Source: Bacteroidota bacterium (GTDB taxonomy: Bacteria > Bacteroidota > Ignavibacteria > UBA10030). Taken from it: a stretch of 64,000 bases of DNA. Position numbers and translations under genes: made by a program. This document shows positions 10,583 to 17,174 of the stretch, one piece after another. Position 1 is the first letter of the stretch; each line of letters starts with the position of its first letter. The notes under the pieces were generated by a model that was given only the letters and a program-made list of their open reading frames with translations, was not told the DNA's origin and made no database searches. Location of the stretch: positions 7,245 through 71,244 of the forward strand of contig JBGFRR010000151.1 of assembly GCA_041695045.1 (NCBI GenBank). The letters run 5' to 3'.

Positions 10583-10816
10583 TCAAGAGGCGAACACACA
10601 ACGTGGACCGTCGGAACGAGAGTAACACCCAGATATAATCCTGAATAGAAGAAAAAGCCTCTTTGCGTAACATCAGCGGTCATGAATCCGGGCTTCACCA
10701 CGCCGGATGAAAAAGTGCCTACGTATTCCAAATTTCAAAGATTCACTCTTTTTTCATAGCAGTTACCCGTTCTCTCCATCTCGCTCTGAGGGGCTGTCGG
10801 AGCAACTTGACGCCCC

Positions 10817-10845
10817 TTGACGCTGACACACGGTTTCACTAATAT
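10817..10845 (+). promoter_or_regulatory. sigma70-like promoter (TTGACG, 17-nt spacer, TAATAT)
   Basis: -35 TTGACG at 10817-10822 (a second TTGACG lies at 10807), a 17-nt spacer, and -10 TAATAT at 10840-10845. It points into the decayed GIY-YIG/MNT/HEPN string. Confidence 0.3.
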
Positions 10846-10976
10846 TAGCACTATACCAGACCACCCTACCGGAGGGACGGTATGCCCGAGCACCGTACAC
10901 TGCTGGACGTTCTCACTGACGAGCTTCGTCTACGGAATTTACCCCGTGAGATAATGTTGCCTCTCGAGCTCAACCA

Positions 10977-11105
10977 ATGGAGCTAGATTTTTATGTTTAC
11001 GTGCTTCAATCGGAGAAAGACCGCCAGTTCTACGTAGGATTCAGCCGCGACCTTCGCAAAAGAATCGCTCAGCACCAGGCAGGCGATGAAGAGGGCAGGG
11101 ATTGA
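10977..11105 (+). pseudogene. GIY-YIG nuclease family N-terminal fragment (42 codons)
   Basis: MELDFYVYVLQSEKDRQFYVGFSRDLRKRIAQHQAG matches the YVY..S....YVG...DL..R..QH..G signature. It then stops at TGA 11103-11105, roughly half the usual length. Confidence 0.55.
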
Positions 11106-11372
11106 AAAAGATCTCTCTATTCTCTCAGCCTTTATGGCTCAGTCGCCCGCGGTGAAGCCGATGACGAATCGTACATCGACCTCCTGATCGTCACCGAACG
11201 CCCCCTCAAACGACCAATCCGGCATCAGATTACGGACATCATCTGCGAAGTCAACCTTCAATATGACACGAATTTCAGTTCGCTCGTCGTGGATCGCAAC
11301 CCTTGGGAACACGGTGTCTTCACCATCCTCCCGCTGAAAGAAGAAATTCTCCGTGAGGGCATCGCCCTATGA
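11106..11372 (+). pseudogene. MNT-type nucleotidyltransferase (antitoxin of HEPN-MNT pairs), 5'-truncated
   Basis: The frame opens directly after the GIY-YIG stop with no ATG/GTG/TTG. It encodes LYGSVARGEADDESYIDLLIVTERP...LKEEILREGIAL. The first Asp of the usual SDIDLL motif is replaced by Tyr. The stop overlaps the HEPN ATG (ATGA at 11369-11372). Confidence 0.6.
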
Positions 11373-11725
11373 ACCAAGACCAACCTCGAAGCGATGTCAT
11401 TCGTTATTGGTGGTCAAAAGCTGAAGAAAGCCTCGCATCGGCTCAACGAGAATGTGAAGCCGGTGCGTTTGCTTTTGCAATGAATCGCATCTATTACGCC
11501 GCTTTCTATGCGGTCAGCGCAGCATTACTTGACCGCCAGACATCATTCAAGAAACATTCTGGCGTTCGTGCAGCGTTTCACAGAGAATTCATCAAAAGCG
11601 GAATGCTCGATTCCGATTGGGGCAAGTTCTACGACCAACTGTTCGAAGACCGGCAAGAGGGAGACTATGTCGCCCTTATCGACTTGGTTTGCTGCAGAGG
11701 TGCAAGTCAACAGACAGGAGGGTAA
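11369..11725 (+). CDS. HEPN domain protein (toxin-like partner of MNT)
   Basis: RYWWSKAEESL..A..E.EAGAFAFAMNRIYYAAFYAVSALL...SFKKHSGVRAAFHREF...FYDQLFEDRQEGDY is a typical HEPN signature. The tail after DYVALIDL looks out of frame, and another frame reads FAAEVQVN. Confidence 0.7.
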   Translation: MNQDQPRSDVIRYWWSKAEESLASAQRECEAGAFAFAMNRIYYAAFYAVSAALLDRQTSFKKHSGVRAAFHREFIKSGMLDSDWGKFYDQLFEDRQEGDYVALIDLVCCRGASQQTGG

Positions 11726-11776
11726 CTTCGGAAGGAGTCAGAGAGCGGGCGGGCAGAGCCGGTAATTCACACGTTC

Positions 11777-12046
11777 TTAGGTTGCGTCCATTGCCCGACG
11801 TGCTTCAAATAAGTCGTACGCCACTTGAAGGTTCATCCAAAATTCTGACGAGGTCTTCAACACACGAGACAGAAGAATGGCCGTCTCTGCCGTCATATCA
11901 CGCTTGCCATTGATCAGCGTGTTCACCCGCTGGATCGGCACGCCCATCTTCTTCGCAAGCTCAATCTGGCTCATCCCCATCGGCTTGAGGAACTCATCGA
12001 GCAGTATCTCCCCGGGATGGGTTGGTTTTCGATTCTTCGGAATCAT
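11777..12046 (-). CDS. higA: HigA-family antitoxin (XRE-type HTH)
   Basis: PTHPGEILLDEFLKPMGMSQIELAKKMGVPIQRVNTLINGKRDMTAETAILLSRVL..S.EFWMNLQ is the canonical HigA pattern. Confidence 0.8.
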   Translation of the reverse strand: MIPKNRKPTHPGEILLDEFLKPMGMSQIELAKKMGVPIQRVNTLINGKRDMTAETAILLSRVLKTSSEFWMNLQVAYDLFEARRAMDAT

Positions 12047-12059
12047 AGCTTTCGTCCTT

Positions 12060-12173
12060 TCAGTGATAGTCCGTGATCAATACATCGTTGGCATTGCCGC
12101 CAATCCATCTGAACACAATCCGGTTTTGAATCGACGCCATCATAAATGTCTTCCGTCGTTTTATCCGCAAAGT
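12060..12173 (-). pseudogene. HigB (RelE/ParE superfamily) toxin, C-terminal remnant only
   Basis: The minus-strand translation reads TLRIKRRKTFMMASIQNRIVFRWIGGNANDVLITDYH*. This matches the HigB C-terminus (..RI.FRW..G.A.DV.I.DYH). An in-frame stop at 12174-12176 removes about 55 N-terminal residues. Confidence 0.55.
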
Positions 12174-12433
12174 TCAGAATCACGGACTAATGATAACAAT
12201 TTAACGGCATATGTGTAAATGACGATATTTTTCCCTTTGCGGCGGACATTCTTCACCTGCCCACCCGATCGCGGAGTCTCGACGAGGACTTTACAACCAG
12301 TGTACAACTATCATGCAAACCAACGAACGCATAACAAGCAAAACACCGGCGCTCCCTTTGTTGATAGGGCTCAGTTAAAGCTTGGTAAAGAAATAGTTGT
12401 GGTCGCTCTATTGTTTTTGCCGCCTCGATCCCG

Positions 12434-12781
12434 TTGTTCGGGATCCTGAACAACGGGACTCGTATCTACAGAGACCGATGGGAAATCGAAATCTTTTTCA
12501 AGACGATCAAACAGCATCTGAAGATCAAGACCTTTGTGGGAACCAGCCCGAATGCGGTGAAGATCCAACTCTGGACGGCGTTGATCGCCATCCTCTTGTT
12601 GAAGTATATGAAGATGCTCTCGACCTTTGCACAGTGGTCGCTCTCGAATCTGATCGCACTCCTGCGCTTTAATCTCTTCACCTATCGCGACCTGAAGGAG
12701 TGGCTCAACGATCCGTACGACAACCCCCTCAGCTTGCCTGAGCATATCCAACTCTCTCTTCCGGGTTTAGGACAGCACTGA
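12434..12781 (+). mobile_element. IS4-family DDE transposase, C-terminal fragment
   Basis: IYRDRWEIEIFFKTIKQHLKIKTFVGTSPNAVKIQLWTALIAILLLKY carries the Y-(2)-R-(3)-E-(6)-K signature. The N-terminal approximately 3/4 of the transposase is absent, and no terminal inverted repeats were identified. Confidence 0.65.
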
Positions 12782-13225
12782 TTGCGGATGGGCTATCGCT
12801 CCGAGGGTGACAATATAGCCCTGCGGATCAACTGAGAAACCGATCTCAGAGCTGTAGACTGGAATTCCAGCAAAGGTTTGTTCGTACTCAACGAACCACC
12901 AAGAACCATCGGTATCAGCTTTTTTCAACCGCACGATGTCGGGAGTGGCCTTCAGGACGCTTGAGTAATCCAAGATAAGCCTTTTTGCAACGGCATCAAT
13001 CGTTTGGTATGTCACCTGGGCTTTATCGACTCCATAGTCGCGAATATCATCTCTCAGCCCGAGAATGCGAGTTGCCGTTCCGGTCTTATCATCGATGTGC
13101 GCCTGGAGGGTATGCCCGCGCTTGTTCTTGAACGTAACGACTTGCTGTGCCATCGCAAGTTGAAAAAGGCAGGTGGACAGCAGAAGGAAGCCGATAATTC
13201 GGTGAAAATGTGCAGATGTTTTCAT
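12767..13225 (-). pseudogene. truncated secreted metalloprotease: signal peptide plus FTP/PepSY-like propeptide only
   Basis: Signal peptide MKTSAHFHRIIGFLLLSTCLFQLAMAQ, followed by a propeptide-like segment (WWFVEYEQTFAGIPVYSSEIGFSVDPQGYIV). The ORF ends inside the IS4 fragment, and no catalytic domain follows. Confidence 0.5.
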
Positions 13226-13409
13226 GGTTCGATCCCTTCTCGAAACGTATTTTGTGTTTTTGTGAAATAGCTTGTACTTTCCCAGAAACGTGAAGCCCCT
13301 GGTGTACGCGCTCAGGCGTACATAAGAATTCGTCTCCTCGCAGAGTCTGTTCTTATCCTGAGATATCAGGACCGGGGGCTATTGTTATGCCAAGTCATCT
13401 CATCGCACA

Positions 13410-14007
13410 TCACCTCTTTCGCCAACTTGTGGCTCTTGAGTAGGCTTCCCTGTGTGGAAATGGTGTAACTGTACGAACAGAACCATCTGCCACGTTTACG
13501 ATGAGAATATCCTGTGGAAAATTACTGTACGGATCATTGGGATCGCTTTTCTTGTTTGGGTCTTGTGTGGTGCAAAGGATTCTCTGACCGTCGGGAGACC
13601 ACTCAATTGGCCACTCGAGTGGGTGCATGCTCAAGAGGTAAACGCAATGCCCTGGCCGTCAGGTGATATGACCGGAACATCATCCGACTCCGCTGGATAG
13701 ACGGGTGAAAGCAATCCACTTTCCATCGGACGACCAGATAGGTGAGTGATCAATAAAAAGTGGAGATCGAGAATTCGTGAGCCCGTATCTCTTGGTTCCA
13801 TCGGCATTCATGACTCTGATCGAAGGTAAGTTGCTTGACATCTGAACCATCCTCCTTCATACAGTACAGCTGCCAGGTGCCGCTTTTGTCAGAAACAAAC
13901 AGAATTGGTCCGGCCTCGAAGCGTTCATCGGGACCGGTTGGGCTACAGCTGAGAGAGAAAAGAAAAAGAACGATGACACTCATCGCAACAACTCGGCTCG
14001 TGAACAT
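13410..14007 (-). pseudogene. TolB-like PD40 beta-propeller protein, multiply frameshifted
   Basis: PD40 motifs are spread over three frames: ILFVSDKSGTWQLYCMKEDGSDVKQLT, then ADGTKRYGLT..SPIWSSDGKWIAFT, then IEWSPDGQRILCTT. Confidence 0.6.
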
Positions 14008-14166
14008 CTCACTCCCCTCCTTAGATAATGGCGAATGTCCGCACGCAAAGAACCGAGATTCGATCTCATCGAACGCTCGATCTTGTCAAATGAGAAAGAA
14101 CTTCCGTGTGCGCGCTTGATTCCTCGGTGTTTTTCATTAAATTGGTACACTTTACTGAAGTACAGT

Positions 14167-14268
14167 ATGACCTCACCCTTCTCCATCATGGCTACGCCGA
14201 ACTGTTGCCCGTGCTGTTGCGCAGGCGCGCTGGTGTCATGTTGCCATGAAGGAGCAAGAGTGCGGTAG
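14167..14268 (+). CDS. putative polycysteine leader peptide (MTSPFSIMATPNCCPCCCAGALVSCCHEGARVR)
   Basis: The 33-codon ORF holds 7 Cys codons within 14 consecutive codons (14203-14244). It sits between a promoter-like TTGATT-16-TAAATT (14116-14143) and an intrinsic terminator, immediately upstream of the sulfate assimilation operon. No SD is present. Confidence 0.45.
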   Translation: MTSPFSIMATPNCCPCCCAGALVSCCHEGARVR

Positions 14269-14304
14269 TCAAAGCGAATCCGCAAGCACGCGGACCGATT
14301 CCCG

Positions 14305-14346
14305 AACGCCCTTCGTCAGGCAACATCGACGAAGGGCGTTTTTGTT
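14305..14346 (+). terminator. intrinsic terminator/attenuator upstream of the sulfite reductase gene
   Basis: Perfect 13-bp stem: aacgcccttcgtc (14305-14317) pairs with gacgaagggcgtt (14328-14340) around a 10-nt loop. It is followed by TTTTTGTTG. Confidence 0.6.
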
Positions 14347-14414
14347 GTACGCGGTGGCTTCGGCTCAGCCTGCCGACCACTTGTGGCGCCAGCCCTTTGG
14401 GAAAAGAAAGACGG

Positions 14415-16205
14415 ATGACCAAGGAGATTCCAATGAACATTCTCACAACAGAGCAACTCGAACAGATCGATGATCCCGTCAAGCTTCGGGAAGATCTTCT
14501 GGAAACGCGTGAAGCGATTGACCGCTTCCTCAAGGGGGAGATTTCGGAAGAAGACTTCAAGCGTTTTCGTTTGCACCGGGGCATTTACAGCCAGCGTCAA
14601 AATCAGCGCGGGTATCATATGATTCGTGTGAAGGTCCCGTACGGCCTGCTGATGTCGCGGCAGCTTCGACGGCTTGGTGAAATCGCGCGTGATCTTGCAG
14701 ATGGCGTGGGCCACATTACGACGCGGCAAGACATCCAATTTCACTGGGTCAAGGTGGAGAAGGTCATTGATGTTCTTGAACGGCTTGCAGAGGTTGGCCT
14801 GACAACGCGCGAAGCGTGCGGCAACACGGTTCGCAACATTGTCGGCTCGCCGTTGGCCGGTGTCCTTCCCGACGAGGTGTTCGACATCAGTCCGTACGCT
14901 CACGCGCTCGCGAAGCATCTTCTCCGCAATCCGCTCAATCAGAAACTCCCGCGGAAGTTCAAAATCTCTTTCTCCGGCAGCGCATCCGAATCCGACGGCA
15001 TCATTCCGTGGATTCACGACATTGGGTTCGTTGCAGCCAGACGAGGAGTGAATGGTCGGGGTGAGCTTGGATTTCTGGTCTATGTCGGCGGCGGGTTGGG
15101 TGCGCAGCCTCGGGTGGCGGACCTTCTCGAAGAATTCACACCTGCCGAGCACTTTATGCCGACTGCCGAAGCGATCCTCACGGTCTTTCATCACCACGGC
15201 AATCGTGAGAATCGCTACAAGGCGAGAATGAAGTTTGTCATCTGGAAATTGGGGTTGGATGAATTCCGCCGGCTGGTCTTCGAGGGGCGGCAGAAAATTC
15301 TCGCGTCCGCCCGCACATTTGAATTGCCGGCACCGACCATTGAACCGGGCTATCTCCAAACGGAGAGCGATCCGCTGCAACAATCTGTTGGAACGGGTTC
15401 CGAGTTCGAAGTTTGGAAATCGACAAACGTCGTCTCGCAGAAACAGGCAGGTTACAACGTTGTGTATATCAATCCCACGATCGGCGACTTGACGACGGAT
15501 CAATTCTTTGCGCTGGCAGATATCTCCGAACGGTTCACGAACCGTCGAGTACGGACGACGACAACGCAGGATGTGGTTCTTCGTTGGATCCGAACCAGGG
15601 ATCTCGCCTCCCTCTATGCCGAACTGCGAAAGCACCATCTGCACCAGGCCGGAGCAAACTCACTTGCCAATGTGACCTCCTGCCCCGGGGCCGATACGTG
15701 CAATCTCGGCATCACGCACTCGCGCACCCTCGGCAAAACACTCACCGCACTCTTTCAGGAGAATGCGAACTGGAGTGATGCGCTTACCGATATTCGCATC
15801 AAGATCAGCGGCTGTCCCAATTCGTGCAGTCAACACCACGTGTCGGGCATCGGTTTCTATGGAGGCTCAAAGGCGGTCGAAGGAAAGGAAATCCCCTCCT
15901 ACGTTCTGCTTCTCGGCGGTGGAATGTATTCGGGAAAGCAGACCTTTGGAAATGTGGTGGGGAAGATTCCCGCGCGCCGTGCGTCTGAAGCCGTCTCGAT
16001 CATTCTTCAATCATTCCTTGCTGAGCGCGCGCAGAATGAATCCTTTCTCTCGTACGTGGATCGCGTCGGCATTGGCCATTTCCGCAATCGACTGAAGCCG
16101 ATCCTTGAATTGAAGAAAGAACAGATCACCGACGAGCTGTTCGTCGATCTCGGACAAGCGGCGGGATTCAAGGTAGAGACAGGCATAGGAGAGTGCGCTG
16201 CATGA
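14415..16205 (+). CDS. sir: assimilatory sulfite reductase hemoprotein (ferredoxin-type nitrite/sulfite reductase, siroheme/4Fe-4S)
   Basis: FRLHRGIYSQRQ, ITTRQDIQFHWV, TREACGNTVRN and the C-terminal CPGADTCNLG...SGCPNSCSQHH cluster motif are present. ATG 14415 was chosen (alternatives: TTG 14397, ATG 14433). Confidence 0.85.
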   Translation: MTKEIPMNILTTEQLEQIDDPVKLREDLLETREAIDRFLKGEISEEDFKRFRLHRGIYSQRQNQRGYHMIRVKVPYGLLMSRQLRRLGEIARDLADGVGHITTRQDIQFHWVKVEKVIDVLERLAEVGLTTREACGNTVRNIVGSPLAGVLPDEVFDISPYAHALAKHLLRNPLNQKLPRKFKISFSGSASESDGIIPWIHDIGFVAARRGVNGRGELGFLVYVGGGLGAQPRVADLLEEFTPAEHFMPTAEAILTVFHHHGNRENRYKARMKFVIWKLGLDEFRRLVFEGRQKILASARTFELPAPTIEPGYLQTESDPLQQSVGTGSEFEVWKSTNVVSQKQAGYNVVYINPTIGDLTTDQFFALADISERFTNRRVRTTTTQDVVLRWIRTRDLASLYAELRKHHLHQAGANSLANVTSCPGADTCNLGITHSRTLGKTLTALFQENANWSDALTDIRIKISGCPNSCSQHHVSGIGFYGGSKAVEGKEIPSYVLLLGGGMYSGKQTFGNVVGKIPARRASEAVSIILQSFLAERAQNESFLSYVDRVGIGHFRNRLKPILELKKEQITDELFVDLGQAAGFKVETGIGECAA

Positions 16206-16990
16206 GCACTGATGGATCCGTAACAAGACACCCGGCAGGCATCCCGTCTCCAGAAGATCTGCCTGCTCTCAACGAGCAGTTCTCCACAGCGCACCCACGG
16301 AAGATTCTTCAGTGGGTTGATCAGACATTTCCGCACGATTCGGCAGTGTTGGGGACCGGCTTCGGCGCGGAGGGGGTGGTGTTGATCGATCTTGCAGTCT
16401 CTCTCAACAGATCGATCCCCATCTTCTTCATCGATACCGATATGCTTTTTCCCGAAACCTACCGGCTTCGCACCGAAATTGAGCAGCGCTACGGCATCTC
16501 CATCCAACGGTATGCGTCGGAATTGAGCTTGGAACAGCAGGCGATGGCGTACGGCGATGAGCTATGGAAACGCGACCCCGACGTGTGCTGCGCGCTGCGG
16601 AAAGTCCGACCATTGGAGGACGCGTTGCACGGGCAAAAAGCGTGGATCACCGGCATCCGGAGATCTCAATCCTCGTTCCGACAGTCAGCCAATGTCGCCC
16701 AGTGGGACGATGTCCATCGACTCATCAAAGTGAATCCGCTCGTTCACTGGACGAAAGACCAAGTGTGGGAGTACATTCGCGCTCATCGACTGCCATACAA
16801 CCCCCTCTACGACCGCGGCTACGCGAGCATCGGTTGCACGCACTGTACCTCGCCTGTGCTTGCCGGCGAAGACGAACGCGCCGGACGGTGGAGAGGCTTT
16901 ACCAAGACGGAATGCGGTCTGCACACTCGCGCGCTGGCTGTGAATTTCGCGGATCCTACTCTTGACTCAAATCGAAAGGAGACTCGGTGA
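16202..16990 (+). CDS. cysH: adenylylsulfate (APS)/PAPS reductase, Fe-S type
   Basis: ATGA overlap with the sir stop. Motifs include DTDMLFPETY, the CC pair (DPDVCCALRKVRPL), the CxxC (SIGCTHCTSPV) and KTECGLH. Confidence 0.85.
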   Translation: MSTDGSVTRHPAGIPSPEDLPALNEQFSTAHPRKILQWVDQTFPHDSAVLGTGFGAEGVVLIDLAVSLNRSIPIFFIDTDMLFPETYRLRTEIEQRYGISIQRYASELSLEQQAMAYGDELWKRDPDVCCALRKVRPLEDALHGQKAWITGIRRSQSSFRQSANVAQWDDVHRLIKVNPLVHWTKDQVWEYIRAHRLPYNPLYDRGYASIGCTHCTSPVLAGEDERAGRWRGFTKTECGLHTRALAVNFADPTLDSNRKETR

Positions 16991-17148
16991 TGGATGTGCA
17001 TCTGTTCTTTGAAGCGGCGGTGATCGCTTTACCGGTGGGACTGCTGATTGGGTTGACCTGTATGGGAGGAGGAAGCATCCTCACGCCGCTGCTGATTCTC
17101 TACTTTCACTTGCCGCCATTGGTCGCGCTCGGAACAGGATTGGACTGA
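16990..17148 (+). pseudogene. TSUP (TauE/SafE) family permease, N-terminal 52-codon remnant
   Basis: MDVHLFFEAAVIALPVGLLIGLTCMGGGSILTPLLILYFHLPPLVALGTGLD* overlaps the cysH stop (ATGA). It represents only the first approximately 1.5 TM segments of a family that is normally about 250 aa. Confidence 0.5.
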
Positions 17149-17174
17149 AACTGATCTAACATCACGAGGAAGAT

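Noticed and set aside
10396-10620. Integron attC sites, given the possible integrase-like stub at 10882 and the cassette-like TA genes
   Set aside because: The hairpin arms read GTTYYY...RRRAAC. This is the opposite order from the attC R''/R' cores (RYYYAAC...GTTRRRY). The integrase similarity itself is weak.
13980-14285. 101-aa minus-strand ORF in the TolB-pseudogene/sir intergenic region
   Set aside because: It overlaps the pseudogene start, has no recognisable motif or RBS, and runs antisense to the leader ORF and its promoter-like elements.
14160-14400. SAM (S-box) or other sulfur-responsive riboswitch upstream of sir
   Set aside because: None of the conserved SAM-I elements (GAGGGA, GGCCC, GCAACC, GTGCCAATTCC) were found. 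The Cys-codon leader with competing helices explains the terminator better.
14316-15644. 442-aa minus-strand ORF
   Set aside because: It is antisense to the sulfite reductase gene and has no family signature. The same reasoning applies to other long shadow ORFs: 19404-20105, 31851-33050, 33357-34232, 35104-35631, 36867-37490, 37908-38579, 39210-40046, 43623-44633, 44594-45403, 46995-47777, 49707-50624, 53591-54184, 57802-58725, 60000-60566 and 61455-62333.
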